Of a stretch of 64,000 bases of DNA, positions 12,601 through 22,916 are shown in pieces. Below the pieces are notes generated by a model. That model searched no databases. It had not been told where the DNA came from and was given only the letters and a program-made list of their open reading frames with translations. Numbering within the stretch: position 1 is the stretch's first letter; each line of letters begins with the position of its first letter. Origin of the DNA: a virus (taxonomy: Duplodnaviria; Caudoviricetes). The DNA lies in the IMG/VR virus record IMGVR_UViG_3300023174_000162, positions 2,041-66,040 of that record; one strand, given 5' to 3'. Made by a program: the position numbers and the translations under genes.

Positions 12601-13768
12601 AATCTGAAGGATCTGTAAAGTTTCCAATAATAGCATTAGCGCCAGATGTAGCGCCTTTAAGAGTTAATGCTGTTGTAAATGAACCAGTATTTGGATTTTT
12701 TAAAATTATTGTAGAAGAATTACTAAAAGAAACTGTAGCTTTAGCAGTATTTGAAGAACTAACAACTTGATATACCACTTCACCAGTTGTAAATGCACCC
12801 GTGTTTGAAACAATAGGAATGCTTAAAATTGGTTTATACGTAATATTTGCAATTGGTTGTACAACTGTTTCGAATAATTTAAATGGTGTAGAAAGAGACG
12901 TATTTGTAAAGTTAACATTCCCTAATGTTAATACTTTTTCTGACACAATAACATTTGCAGAAGAAGTGTAGCCAAATCCACCGTCAATCAATTGAAACTC
13001 AACAACACCAGTTGTATTTGAAATACTAATTACACGTGCTTTACCATATTCACCATTAGTCGTACTAACAATATTAACAATATCTCCAACTGCATACCCA
13101 GTTGCGCGCCCTACAACAGTAAGACCTGTAAACGATCCGATCATGATCGGCGCGTCATCAAACTGATTATCTATTAATATAACTTCATTACTAACAAAAT
13201 TACCACTTACAGTTGATACATAGAATATATCAATATACTGACCTTTGATTCTTCTTCTAACTAATTTTTCAACAAAAGCTGTCGCACTTGAAGATGCTCC
13301 AGTTATCTGCTTACCAACATAATCTATGTTTCTTGCTTGACGAGTGACTTCAAGATAAATTGGTTTTACATACTTTCCATCTGAAGCTTTAAAAATATCT
13401 TGTCCTGGAATATAAACTTTAGTCTCTACTCCATACACAAGTTTAAAGAAAAGATCAATTGCTCGTGGTGTACCTTTACTTCTATAGAGATCCTGAGCTT
13501 TTTTAATTAGAAGTTGTTTATTTGTTGCAGTTGTAAACTGAATATTATTTAAATATTTGTTTTTAAAGTTAACAACAAAGTCTTCTATAGTTTCATCAAT
13601 ATCTCTATAATTTAATAGACGGCGCCCATGATAAAGCGCATTATTTTCTTGCTCAAGCCATTCATAATACGCTTTTACAAATGCAATGAAATTCTCTCCT
13701 TCTTCATTGTAGAAGGAAGGAAATTGCGACTGAATTAACGGCGATATTTTTTTTTCAAAATCTTTCAT
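9668..13768 (-). CDS. Baseplate wedge protein (gp7-like)
   Basis: SQFPSF..EE..FIAFVKAYYEWLE, LYRSKGT, YYQEYSYEI, LHVAG; lies between gp6 and gp8. Confidence 0.75.
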   Translation of the reverse strand: MKDFEKKISPLIQSQFPSFYNEEGENFIAFVKAYYEWLEQENNALYHGRRLLNYRDIDETIEDFVVNFKNKYLNNIQFTTATNKQLLIKKAQDLYRSKGTPRAIDLFFKLVYGVETKVYIPGQDIFKASDGKYVKPIYLEVTRQARNIDYVGKQITGASSSATAFVEKLVRRRIKGQYIDIFYVSTVSGNFVSNEVILIDNQFDDAPIMIGSFTGLTVVGRATGYAVGDIVNIVSTTNGEYGKARVISISNTTGVVEFQLIDGGFGYTSSANVIVSEKVLTLGNVNFTNTSLSTPFKLFETVVQPIANITYKPILSIPIVSNTGAFTTGEVVYQVVSSSNTAKATVSFSNSSTIILKNPNTGSFTTALTLKGATSGANAIIGNFTDPSDSITVGSIFTNYYTNNVIAGQGVVVQSFTNSTPYIGVMKVALSNGNLNNSSNTNYTANVFVGTAASLNTYRFTVNAYANVSATANVMGISNTVTLYLSDYIPAISQNEVLSQTGIANGIVSSITADGSNVYVTVSDVKGVFQVGTTASTVNGSGNVKHFGMTLGVYNINNTFTNTALHYITGKSSNTYANIISVSTGTGATFSITSFDNEEQIVIGTDLISGLNNSGIAYNTLNINSLYYGLPKLPSGNLTNATLLQQLTYFSGNIGTVSSIGNINPGTDYNIDPYVVIYDPYIAPFRRKDLSIVYSKETLANFIIDEIITQSVTIPNTAVISLTGVVNTFIVNELVTLANSSGAVANGYVRSIDISGGVGTLTLRNIQGTFVNTGINTAGKLYGYSSTANGTISNTSSISISTVAKGVVKTVTSTELTVKPITFNTEFLSTASRIVGTSSGANGTVQNVSEIVNSKWAGINADVSANVITANGVVTSLQRLDSGFGYTANQIVSYQKTGKTVGTARISLGQQGIGEGYYASTDGFLSFDKKLFDGEYYQEYSYEIISKLPFEKYADIFKQVLHVAGTRVFGAVALYSLDTVNATPGHTGNKIAKMRTSSLSNTENLTIGEVIYQSNGSANVATGKYYGGRETEIVLTTSANTRYQLDTILYQPDATTNAASGTIKGKVSNTTANTLTLYLTDVKGAFVNTANVQGTTNTVLSVSYYLEVDIINVTTPEPSTGSFIFGETVTTAGGFTGTIRYANVFEVEIVPVSGTLTNGSILIGSTSLCTAVVYATSGTTATTGNYVYHPITTLFIENVEDGPFLANEQVYTQEQAVAAGQVFQKRGIGTVYTANSTVVILKDLFAGYNRGMTLFGNTSGATARISRIDKSNSAVGYVISSNTSSITIVDMVGVFESNTHVYGANVAANITSISKSLYVTQASNVSSVINTLLVANVSGQFVTNYQIVGANNGATANVLYVDIYND

Positions 13769-15613
13769 TTACATATTTCTAATAGTTGTTATTCCGCTTG
13801 ATACTAATGTATCCGGAGAATTCTTAGCACGAATAGCTGTTACTGCAATATCTTCAATTTTAATGGTTAAAATATTATTTTTAGTTGAATAGATATCATT
13901 ACTTGACGGTCTAGCATAGATCTTAATTCCTGTAGATGGATATGATGAAACTAAAAAGTTATTAATTATCAATTTACCAAGGCCATAATCAACTGTACCA
14001 ATATCTTTAATGATTGTATACGTATTGTTTTCTGAAATACCTGACAATACTAGAATACCATTTCCATCATCCTCAATAATTACATTTCTTCCTTGAAATG
14101 TAAAGACAGATGATTCAACACATCTTTTAACAGATGAATTATGTACAGATGAAATTCTTTGCTGTTTTTCATTTAGCAATGGAAAATCAAAATTGACCAA
14201 AATGTTTTGAGCAGAACTAATTGCTGGTCTAATAACCTTAATAGCTCTAACAGATGTTTCATTTGAAATGATAGATGGATGAGAACCATCAATAACATCT
14301 AATAGTCTAGAATAACGTAAAGTTTTCTTAAAATTATTAATATTTGCTGTATTAAAATTTGAGATAGCAGATATTACTAAAGCGCTAATATCAGATGGCT
14401 GTAGATTTGTTTTAGTAATATCATAATTTACAGAACTAGTAATATTAATATATGTAAATTCTGGATTTCTAAATACAGGCTCAATTGAAACTGGAGAACG
14501 GTCTTTTAAGAACCTATAGTATTCATTTATCTTAATATCAGGTAATCCTTCAACATCTTTAATATCTACGGATAAAATTACTTTGCCATATTGAGGAGGA
14601 GATTCTTGCTCACCACCATATGCAGAAACTGCATTAATCTCTGGATAGTTAATTTTTAGTAACGTTTCATAATCATCTGGAGTAATTGCTCGTTCTTGAG
14701 TTGTATAATGTCTAGGCGCATTAAACCTAATCGATTCTAGTGTTTCATTAACTGCTCCACCTGTTGCTGATAGAACTGTTGTAACAGTTACATTAGAAAA
14801 TGACTCAATTGGTCCATCACTTGTAAAGTTAAATGCTCCATTTGGCAATTCACCATTTGTTACACGGTATTCTACTATAACAATTGCATTATCTTTTGGT
14901 CTTCTTCCAGCAATTCCATCTCCAAATATAATTTCATATTTTTCATTTTCGGCTGGCTGTAAAAAGAAAACTTGAGATGCTGTTGTTAATCCTATTAATG
15001 ATGTAGCATATGAATACTCTAGAACTTGTGCACCATTATCCTCAACCACCGTGCAGGTAATAGAGTCTGTATCAATAGTAGGATTGCTTAATATGAATCG
15101 TTGATTAGTTGTAGTATAATCAATAGTATACGATTCATTAATATATTCACCTTCATATATTGAAGTTGATGACGCCGTAAATATACCATTGCTACCACTC
15201 AATACAATATTTTTATCTGTGCTAAATGTAAATGAATTAGATCCAATGCGTGTACTAAATGAAGTTCCTTTAGGCAACGTTAAACTGGTAATTGAAGGAC
15301 TACCTGTATTAATAGTAATGTTAACTACTGCTTCTGCAGAGTTAAATGATCTAGGAAGATAATTAAGTTCCTTAGCATGAGATACAACGCTATCACGCAA
15401 TTGAGCAGAATCTAAGAACATCTCAGATGCTACCATATTCGTATAGAACGAATTCAAATATGTATTATAAGATAGTACATCTAGGAGAACATTGATGTTA
15501 CTACCATCAAAGTCGTAATCTTTAAACTTATCTTGTGATTTAAGATAGGTCTTAAAATTATCCTTTATGGTATCAAAATCAAGATTGATTAAATTAATAT
15601 TGCTGTTTGCCAT
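13769..15613 (-). CDS. gp6: Baseplate wedge subunit gp6
   Basis: LDFDTIK..FK.YLKSQ..FKDYDFDGS, EMFLDSAQLRDSVVSHAKELNYLPRS, QERAIT..DY. Confidence 0.95.
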   Translation of the reverse strand: MANSNINLINLDFDTIKDNFKTYLKSQDKFKDYDFDGSNINVLLDVLSYNTYLNSFYTNMVASEMFLDSAQLRDSVVSHAKELNYLPRSFNSAEAVVNITINTGSPSITSLTLPKGTSFSTRIGSNSFTFSTDKNIVLSGSNGIFTASSTSIYEGEYINESYTIDYTTTNQRFILSNPTIDTDSITCTVVEDNGAQVLEYSYATSLIGLTTASQVFFLQPAENEKYEIIFGDGIAGRRPKDNAIVIVEYRVTNGELPNGAFNFTSDGPIESFSNVTVTTVLSATGGAVNETLESIRFNAPRHYTTQERAITPDDYETLLKINYPEINAVSAYGGEQESPPQYGKVILSVDIKDVEGLPDIKINEYYRFLKDRSPVSIEPVFRNPEFTYINITSSVNYDITKTNLQPSDISALVISAISNFNTANINNFKKTLRYSRLLDVIDGSHPSIISNETSVRAIKVIRPAISSAQNILVNFDFPLLNEKQQRISSVHNSSVKRCVESSVFTFQGRNVIIEDDGNGILVLSGISENNTYTIIKDIGTVDYGLGKLIINNFLVSSYPSTGIKIYARPSSNDIYSTKNNILTIKIEDIAVTAIRAKNSPDTLVSSGITTIRNM

Positions 15614-16041
15614 TATCGAACTCTTTCTAGAACGACTTTAAACGTTGTAGGTGTCTCTACGTTGACGGTATAAAAAACAATTGAAATAACATACATATTT
15701 CTGTCTTCTACTGGTGCTACCACCACTTCAAGCAATCGTGCTCGTGGTTCATGATCTTCAATTGTTTTAATTACTTCTTCTTCTATTGCTCTAGTGACTT
15801 GATCGGAAATATTTTCGAATAAGAAACTATTAAGTCTACTTCCAATTGATGGCCGAAAAGGTCTTTCAAATTTATTTGTAAGTAGTAAGTTACGAATAGA
15901 CCTCATGACAGCATCTTCGTTTTTATTGATTACGATTTGTTTGCTATCTGGATGTGGTGTTAAATTAGACAAAAAGTCGCTATAGAGAACAGTGTCATCT
16001 CTTCTTAACGTGAATCTGTCTGCTACACTTACTGTTGCCAT
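15613..16041 (-). CDS. gp25: Baseplate wedge subunit gp25
   Basis: AVMRSIRNLLLTNKFERPFRPSIGS, HEPRA, C-terminal LERVR. Confidence 0.95.
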   Translation of the reverse strand: MATVSVADRFTLRRDDTVLYSDFLSNLTPHPDSKQIVINKNEDAVMRSIRNLLLTNKFERPFRPSIGSRLNSFLFENISDQVTRAIEEEVIKTIEDHEPRARLLEVVVAPVEDRNMYVISIVFYTVNVETPTTFKVVLERVR

Positions 16042-16070
16042 CTATTACTCCATTTGTATTTAGTATTTAT

Positions 16071-16862
16071 TTAGCCACCAATAAACACACTGCTTGAACC
16101 GCTGCCGATACCTTGTGTACCATCTGATTCAGTATCTGGAACAGGATCACCAACACGCGCTGCACCTTTTGAACCATTATTTAAATTGATAGATCGTGCA
16201 GTTAAATTATAGTCTCCATTAACTTTAATATTAACATTACCATTAATAACTACATCCATATTCCCACCTATAGTAACTTTTTTATCTTTCATAGTCACTT
16301 CATAGTTTTCGCCTTCAACCTTAGTTACCATTCTTCCATCTTTATTCATCTCCACATACGTTCCTGTTTTGTGATATATGTGAATTCTTTCTTGTCCTGG
16401 TGTATCATCAAATTCTACTGCATGACCGCTCTTGGTTGTATATGTTTTATTATATGGATACTTGGCTTTATATGCAGAAGGCGGTTCAAATCCAAAAGGT
16501 TTTTTTCTTAATGACTGAGTTCCTCTTGCCAATTTGGAAACGTCATGTTTAGACTTATCATTCTCGTTGATCTTATTAATAGTTCCAATAACAATAGGAA
16601 TATTATGTTCATTGCCATCAGCAAAAAATCCAAATACCATAGAACCAACTTCAATGCCTGTTGGAGAAATTCCAACTTCATATAAACTTGCAGCGTGTGG
16701 AGGCATGACTAAAGTTGCCCATGGAATTTCTTCAGCTGCCATATTACCATGAATATGAGGGACACGCACTTTAACCATTCCAAGATTTTCGGTATCATTA
16801 GTATCGACAACATAGCCAAAGAACCATTTAAATCCTTCAGAACCAATATTTTTAGTTGTCAT
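16071..16862 (-). CDS. gp5: Baseplate hub/central spike gp5 (short form, no lysozyme domain)
   Basis: WFFGYV..LGMVKVR OB-fold, YPYNK...SGHAVEFDDTPGQERIHIYHKTGTY, beta-helix repeats. Confidence 0.9.
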   Translation of the reverse strand: MTTKNIGSEGFKWFFGYVVDTNDTENLGMVKVRVPHIHGNMAAEEIPWATLVMPPHAASLYEVGISPTGIEVGSMVFGFFADGNEHNIPIVIGTINKINENDKSKHDVSKLARGTQSLRKKPFGFEPPSAYKAKYPYNKTYTTKSGHAVEFDDTPGQERIHIYHKTGTYVEMNKDGRMVTKVEGENYEVTMKDKKVTIGGNMDVVINGNVNIKVNGDYNLTARSINLNNGSKGAARVGDPVPDTESDGTQGIGSGSSSVFIGG

Positions 16863-18133
16863 ACATCAGATTCTCCATATGAAGGTTTCAAGCATTCTAA
16901 CGACATTTTATACATAACTTTATCTCTCATAACAAATGAATGACGAACCTTAGATACTAAGTAATTACCTGAAGATAATTTACTGTCTTCTTTTTTATTT
17001 GTTGTTCCCTTTACTTCTGGAAACTTTATCTTAATAACATTTCCAACTGTAATTGCTGCATCACCATATATTAATATTCTTACTACATTCTGCATTAATT
17101 GATTAATATATGATTGCAAAAATCCTGCTGTTTCTTCTCTAAATGATTCTCCATTTACCGAGGATTTTGGTATAAGAGACGTTTTCATATTGTCAGATCC
17201 TGGTTTTGCTGCATACGTATTCATGAATGTATTAGTCCTAACAGCGCTTGCATTAGAAGGATCAGTTTGCGCAAATTTGCTAAGTTGTTGCGGCATATTA
17301 AAATCAACAGTATTTAATGTCCCAGTTCTAAGGTCAATAGAATAATTTCTATTTGACATCGCACCGTCTTGAACCATATCACCGATTGTACTATAGTTAA
17401 CTTGTTGATACGCTAATATGTTTCTTACGTTAATGTTCCTAACATCATCGTTAATGTTAGAGTCATAGAAAAATATTTTATCACCAATAGATGATTTCCC
17501 AGTTGCAATTAAATGTTCTATTGTTGTAAAATTAAAACCAGCTCTATTTTCAAAAAATACGTATGAAGAAGATTTATATTTTTTTGAAACAGCTCTTTTT
17601 CGTATCATATCAATTGCTTGCAAAGGAGCAAGCTGAGCGATAGCAATCTTGTCGATACCTCGTGCAGATTTGTCATCAGACCTTAAACTTTTTTTACTTT
17701 TAAGATCACGAGATATTATATCAGCAATCATAACATATGGGTTGCCTACATCATAACGTCTTTGGATATACTTAGTAGAATTTTCTAAACTTTCTTCGCT
17801 TGCTGCTTTAATTAGATAAAACAACTTATTACCTTGACCATCACTAAATTTATTAGTTACTGCCACAGTTTTAAATCTAAAGTTTTGAACAGAACTAAAT
17901 TCTGGATTTTTAAACTCAACCTCGATATACTCTTCACCTATAATTGGAAAGCTTTCAATTAAATTAATCGCATCATTGATAAGCATTTCGCAATACATCA
18001 ATGGCATCATCATGCTTTCATAGATGTCCATTGTAGTTACTTGCGAAATAATAGAGCGTCTTGATTTTCCGTCAAGACTTACTATATCAAGCTGGGTTAT
18101 TTGTACTTCACCGGCGTTATATGTTTTGACCAT
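16859..18133 (-). CDS. Baseplate hub/tail protein (gp27-like)
   Basis: IYES, PIIGEE, YVFFENRAGFNF, SGNYLVSKVRH; lies between gp53 and gp5. Confidence 0.65.
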   Translation of the reverse strand: MVKTYNAGEVQITQLDIVSLDGKSRRSIISQVTTMDIYESMMMPLMYCEMLINDAINLIESFPIIGEEYIEVEFKNPEFSSVQNFRFKTVAVTNKFSDGQGNKLFYLIKAASEESLENSTKYIQRRYDVGNPYVMIADIISRDLKSKKSLRSDDKSARGIDKIAIAQLAPLQAIDMIRKRAVSKKYKSSSYVFFENRAGFNFTTIEHLIATGKSSIGDKIFFYDSNINDDVRNINVRNILAYQQVNYSTIGDMVQDGAMSNRNYSIDLRTGTLNTVDFNMPQQLSKFAQTDPSNASAVRTNTFMNTYAAKPGSDNMKTSLIPKSSVNGESFREETAGFLQSYINQLMQNVVRILIYGDAAITVGNVIKIKFPEVKGTTNKKEDSKLSSGNYLVSKVRHSFVMRDKVMYKMSLECLKPSYGESDV

Positions 18134-18996
18134 TATTCACTTAGCAATTGTCTAAATTGTCTTTCGATAGTTGATGCATAACGATTATCAACTAAATTAA
18201 TTATAGCTTTTTGTCTATTCAATTCTTCTTCGTAGTCATATGCAGAATATGCAGAATAGTACAGTGTTTCATTGTTTGCAAAATTTTGTTTAATCAACAC
18301 TACATCTGTTGCAGCGGCAGTTGCTAATGATGTTTTACCAGTAATAGTATATTGAGTATTTGCTACAAAACCACCATCAGTATGCTGAACAGTTAGTACA
18401 GTACTATTAGCAAATGTTATTGTTGCGTTTGCATAGATCGTTGTACTATATGTTTGCTGTATTCTTTCTCCAACAATAAATTCAGTATTAGAGTTTAAAG
18501 ATATAGGTATAGTTACAATTCTATTTGTTGTTATATAACTATCTGACTTTGAGCGTTCATATCCAGTAATTGACCCTGAATATCCTATTACAGGAGCCCA
18601 ATGTTTCTTTAAATTTGTAGCTAATGCTTCATATTGAGTTGTTGTAAGTACTGTGTCATCTTCATACCAATTGTTTCTATATCCAAAGATCTGACTTTGA
18701 GCGTTGGCCATAGACCCATATTTTGAGTCGATGTATGTATCAAACTGGAGTGAATCTAAGAAATAATCATAGTATGGATCAACCATTTGATTTGCAAAAT
18801 ATACCATCCAATCATTATATGAATCATCATAGTAGCCGTATGCAATAACATCAGGTCTATCTCCTTGTTGTACATCATAAGGATAAAAGCTCTGAGTATA
18901 TTCTTTAAACTTTTTATCTAGTTTAACTTTTGCAAATATATTTCTGACTGCATTATTTGCGTAACTAATGATAGGGAAATTTGAAAAGTATTTCAT
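18133..18996 (-). CDS. gp53: Baseplate wedge component gp53
   Basis: MKYFSNFP, GDRPDVIAYGYY, AYDYEEELN. Confidence 0.9.
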   Translation of the reverse strand: MKYFSNFPIISYANNAVRNIFAKVKLDKKFKEYTQSFYPYDVQQGDRPDVIAYGYYDDSYNDWMVYFANQMVDPYYDYFLDSLQFDTYIDSKYGSMANAQSQIFGYRNNWYEDDTVLTTTQYEALATNLKKHWAPVIGYSGSITGYERSKSDSYITTNRIVTIPISLNSNTEFIVGERIQQTYSTTIYANATITFANSTVLTVQHTDGGFVANTQYTITGKTSLATAAATDVVLIKQNFANNETLYYSAYSAYDYEEELNRQKAIINLVDNRYASTIERQFRQLLSE

Positions 18997-20213
18997 TATT
19001 GTTTAGTTGGTGCAAGTGTTGTTTTTATACGATCTGTAAGACCAGCTAAGTTCTTTTCTAACTCGGGCGCTATATTCCCATTCTTGCCACCGTAATCTTG
19101 GCTTGTAAATATCTCTAGTTCTTGCAAATTAATTTGAAACTCAATTACAGTAGGATGTCTGCTGTTTGCAAAAAATGAAGGAATTCCATTTGGCGCATAA
19201 TTAACATTGACAGAGGATATCATACATTTTTTAAACATGTATAAAGTGTCTTCCATTTTAGGCTCTAATGTAATCTGAACCATGTTTGGATACCCAAGAA
19301 CATTGGCTGCACCCCATTTATAGTTAGGTAACATTCTCTTTTTAAATTCTCTAACTATAGTTTGAACTAATATAGATTCATTTTCATTTTTTGGTGCAAA
19401 TCTCCATGTAAATGAATGTGATCTTAGATCTACACCTTGAAAAAATACAGTGACATGTGGATTAGGAACTGCTCCAAATAATTGTCCTGCTGTTCCCATC
19501 ACGCTGTCTAATCCAGGGATTGCGCCGCCAACACTCATTACAGTATTATATACTGCTCCAACTCCTGTGTTTATAACAGCTTGTTTAGACCCAGCATTTG
19601 CATCTGGTCTAGTTTCACCTTTAATATCCTGCACAATTGCTGCGACATTTTCAGCTGCCCCGCCAATCACTCCACCCATCTCATTTGGATTTAACTTAAC
19701 TCCAGTTGGATCTAATAAGTTAGTTGGCATTGGAAGAGCTATATGAATTTGTGGTAAAAATTCAGTTTTTACATATGCACTAGGTCTTACATATTCACCT
19801 ATTGCAAAGTTAATATAATACTTTCTCATATCAGGTGGATATTGAAGTAGATCTACACCTCCTTGAGATTTCTTTGCCACAGATGTTTTTCTAGACGGCA
19901 TATGCGACTCAGCAAATGTTTCCTTATTGCCAGCGTCTGCTTTACGTTGTGCTGTCAACTGATTCGGACTTAAACGCTGTGTTACATTTTGAGATAGTTC
20001 ATCAATTCCACCACGAAGTTTTGAAGTTATGGAATCTAATGCTGTAGTTGTAGATGAAGATATAGATGAGAAACTTAATCCAGCTCCAGTTAAAGCACCA
20101 GATAACCTTTCAGTTATAGTACTTTGATTTCCAGAAACACCTGGAGTAGCCGCAGATGAAATTTTATCTGTAGGACTTTGATTAAAAGCTGAAACGTATT
20201 GGCCTGCTGGCAT
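18996..20213 (-). CDS. gp48: Baseplate tail tube cap gp48
   Basis: NPHVTVFFQGVDLRSHSFTWRFAPKN..ES, VNVNYAPNG, INLQELE. Confidence 0.85.
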   Translation of the reverse strand: MPAGQYVSAFNQSPTDKISSAATPGVSGNQSTITERLSGALTGAGLSFSSISSSTTTALDSITSKLRGGIDELSQNVTQRLSPNQLTAQRKADAGNKETFAESHMPSRKTSVAKKSQGGVDLLQYPPDMRKYYINFAIGEYVRPSAYVKTEFLPQIHIALPMPTNLLDPTGVKLNPNEMGGVIGGAAENVAAIVQDIKGETRPDANAGSKQAVINTGVGAVYNTVMSVGGAIPGLDSVMGTAGQLFGAVPNPHVTVFFQGVDLRSHSFTWRFAPKNENESILVQTIVREFKKRMLPNYKWGAANVLGYPNMVQITLEPKMEDTLYMFKKCMISSVNVNYAPNGIPSFFANSRHPTVIEFQINLQELEIFTSQDYGGKNGNIAPELEKNLAGLTDRIKTTLAPTKQ

Positions 20214-20224
20214 TAGGTTACCTC

Positions 20225-20232
20225 TATAAATA
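20225..20232 (+). promoter_or_regulatory. T4-type late promoter TATAAATA
   Basis: Exact TATAAATA upstream of gp4; AATAAATA variant on the opposite strand upstream of gp48. Confidence 0.75.
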
Positions 20233-20304
20233 TGTATGCAATAGTGTATTTATTGTTTCTGGTGACAATAAATACTTTAATACTTAACTATTTATTATCA
20301 GGAT

Positions 20305-20757
20305 ATGGCATATAAAGGTACATTTCAACCAAAGCATGCTGGAAAATATAGAGGAGACCCTAGCAAGATCGTCTATAGAAGCAGTTGGGAGTTGAAATTA
20401 ATGATGCATTTAGACTCTCATCCAGATGTTTTGGAATGGGCAAGTGAAGAGATTGTTATTCCATACAGATCTCCGGTTGATGGTAAGATTCACAGATATT
20501 TCCCTGACTTTTACGTAAAGAAAAGAAATACTAGTGGTGATATCGAAAAGGTAATCATAGAAGTTAAACCTGCCCATCAGGTAAAAGTGCCGACCATTCA
20601 AGAAACAAAGAACAGAAAACCAAGTAGGAAGTATATCAATGAAGTGTTGACTTATACAGTTAATCAGGCAAAATGGGAAGCCGCCAAAACCTACTGTCTA
20701 GATAGACAATGGAAGTTTATGATAATGACAGAAAAAGAACTAGGGATTAAATTTTAA
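20305..20757 (+). CDS. gp4: Head completion protein gp4 (TnsA-like nuclease fold)
   Basis: KYRGDPSKIVYRSSWE, WASEEIVIPY.SPVDGKIHRYFPDF, NQAKWEAA. Confidence 0.95.
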   Translation: MAYKGTFQPKHAGKYRGDPSKIVYRSSWELKLMMHLDSHPDVLEWASEEIVIPYRSPVDGKIHRYFPDFYVKKRNTSGDIEKVIIEVKPAHQVKVPTIQETKNRKPSRKYINEVLTYTVNQAKWEAAKTYCLDRQWKFMIMTEKELGIKF

Positions 20758-21359
20758 TGACCACAGCATTTCAGACTTTACTCGATAGAGCGGCTGCAGC
20801 TGATGTAGACTCTAAGAGTAGATCTTCATTAGATTGGTTTCGTACAGAAGCTGGTAAACTACCAAGTATTACTGGCACAAGAATTATGCGTGAAGAGGTG
20901 TCACAACTTGTCCCAAGGTTGAACATAAGAAGCATCGGTAAGATGTACATGTTTTTCTATAATCCAAAACATAAAGACACATTGCCTTATTATGATAGAT
21001 TTCCTTTAATCTTTCCTTTTAAAATGACTGGCGATGGGTTCTATGGTTTAAACATGCATTACATTCATCCAATGCTAAGAGCTAAATTAATGGATGCATT
21101 CCTTCAAATATTGAATAACACCATGTATGATGAAACTACAAGAGTTAGATTAAACTATAGCCTTCTATCTGCTTCATCAAAATATAGATGGTATAAGCCA
21201 TGTGTTAAAAGATATTTAAACAATCATGTAACATCAAAATTCTTATATGTTGACCCAAATAAATGGGCAACAGCATTATTTCTGCCAACTGAAAAGTTTG
21301 TAGGTGCCAAGAAGACAAGTGTCTTTATGGACAGCAGAGATATTATTTACGGAAAATAA
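20757..21359 (+). CDS. gp2: DNA end protector gp2
   Basis: GKMYMFFYNPKHKDTLPYYDRFPL, GLNMHY, KPCVKRYL. Confidence 0.95.
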   Translation: MTTAFQTLLDRAAAADVDSKSRSSLDWFRTEAGKLPSITGTRIMREEVSQLVPRLNIRSIGKMYMFFYNPKHKDTLPYYDRFPLIFPFKMTGDGFYGLNMHYIHPMLRAKLMDAFLQILNNTMYDETTRVRLNYSLLSASSKYRWYKPCVKRYLNNHVTSKFLYVDPNKWATALFLPTEKFVGAKKTSVFMDSRDIIYGK

Positions 21360-21362
21360 AAA

Positions 21363-22193
21363 ATGTCATTAATAGACACATTCACAACAAAATTAGCTGA
21401 TAAAATTGGTCTAAATACTAGCAACCTTAAAAAGGCGCCTGTAGGATTTGATATTAATGAATTTAGATCTAATATTCTTGGAGAGTCTGGATTACTAAAG
21501 ACCAATCTCTTCTTAGTTACGATTCAATTCCCAGCAGAGTTTGCTCAAACACAAACTCAGTTGATGAGAATAACTCCAAGAACGTTGATGATGTTTACAG
21601 ATCAAGTATCTTTACCTGGAATATCACTTGGTTCAGAAGATCAAGTTCGTAGATATGGAACTGGTGTTGCTGAAAAAATGCCATACGGAGTTTTCTTTAC
21701 TGATCTAAGTGTAAACTTCTTAGCAGATGGTCGTGGTGAGATTCTTAAGATGTTTCATAACTGGATGAAGTATATTGTTAACTTTGATTCAAGACGTAAT
21801 AATAATACTGGTTTTAACGGAGCTGATCCATATGAAGTAGCATATAAAGATGAGTACGCAGCAATTATGACTATTGATGTATTTAATGAAGGTGGAGATA
21901 AAGTTATTACATATACGCTTAATGATGTTTATCCTTTATTTTTAGGAGAAGTCGGTCTTTCATGGGCAGATAATGATAACATCATGAAGCTTCCAGTGAC
22001 GTTTACATATAGTGATTGGCAAACAGATTCAATGACAATAAATTCACCTAGTCCTGGAGTATCAAATAGATTAAACACATTACAGAAGATCTTGAAAATT
22101 GGAACAGTTATCCAAACTATATCATCACTAAAGAAACCACAAAATATAGGTGACGCAGTGAATGTACTTAACAACGCAAATATATTATTTTAA
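21363..22193 (+). CDS. gp54: Baseplate-tail tube initiator (gp54-like)
   Basis: Tail-tube-fold motifs VSLPG, L.DVYP, LSW, KLPVTFTY; lies between gp2 and gp26. Confidence 0.7.
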   Translation: MSLIDTFTTKLADKIGLNTSNLKKAPVGFDINEFRSNILGESGLLKTNLFLVTIQFPAEFAQTQTQLMRITPRTLMMFTDQVSLPGISLGSEDQVRRYGTGVAEKMPYGVFFTDLSVNFLADGRGEILKMFHNWMKYIVNFDSRRNNNTGFNGADPYEVAYKDEYAAIMTIDVFNEGGDKVITYTLNDVYPLFLGEVGLSWADNDNIMKLPVTFTYSDWQTDSMTINSPSPGVSNRLNTLQKILKIGTVIQTISSLKKPQNIGDAVNVLNNANILF

Positions 22194-22211
22194 ACAATAC
22201 TGGAGATTACT

Positions 22212-22916
22212 ATGGCATTACCAAAGATTTCGACCCCTATTTTGAGCTTCGTCATCCCTTCTACACAAGAGATTAAAAAGTTTAGACCATTCTTAGTGAA
22301 AGAAGAAAAAATTCTTTTATTGGCTCAACAAGGTGAAGACACTGATTCATTATTAGCTTTAAAGCAAGTTATTACTAACTGCTGTCATGATAGTATTGAT
22401 GTCGATAAGCTAACAACATTTGATATTGAATATCTTTTCTTGAAGCTAAGATCAAAGTCAGTTAATAACGTTGTCAAGTTACGTTATAGAGATAAAGAAG
22501 ATGATAAGATCTATGACTTTGAAGTTAATCTTGATGAAGTAGAGATTAAAATTAACCCTGAACACTCTAATAAAATTCAAATTAATGAAGAACTCGGTAT
22601 GATATTCAAATATCCAGACGTTAATTTAACAAATTCTATTGGAAAAGTTGAAACTGCAGATGATCTATTTACAAAGGTTGTTATCTATTGCATCGACTCA
22701 ATCTATGACAAAGATAAAGTCTATTCTCCTACAGAATACACTGAAGAAGAACTGATTGAGTTTATTGACCAACTTGACCATGCAACATTTGAAAAGATTC
22801 AGAAGTTCTTTGATACAATGCCAAAGTTATACCATGAATTAAATTATACAAATGAGATGGGTAATGCTCGTACTATTAAATTGGAGTCAGTGAAAGATTT
22901 TTTTATATTGGGCTGA
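22212..22916 (+). CDS. gp26: Baseplate hub subunit gp26-like
   Basis: MALPKI, FRPFLVKEEKILL, FDIEYLFLKLRSKSV, FFDTMPKL. Confidence 0.9.
   Translation: MALPKISTPILSFVIPSTQEIKKFRPFLVKEEKILLLAQQGEDTDSLLALKQVITNCCHDSIDVDKLTTFDIEYLFLKLRSKSVNNVVKLRYRDKEDDKIYDFEVNLDEVEIKINPEHSNKIQINEELGMIFKYPDVNLTNSIGKVETADDLFTKVVIYCIDSIYDKDKVYSPTEYTEEELIEFIDQLDHATFEKIQKFFDTMPKLYHELNYTNEMGNARTIKLESVKDFFILG

Noticed and set aside
20305-20757. TnsA transposase or mobile element
   Set aside because: Sequence and synteny identify it as T4 gp4 head completion protein.
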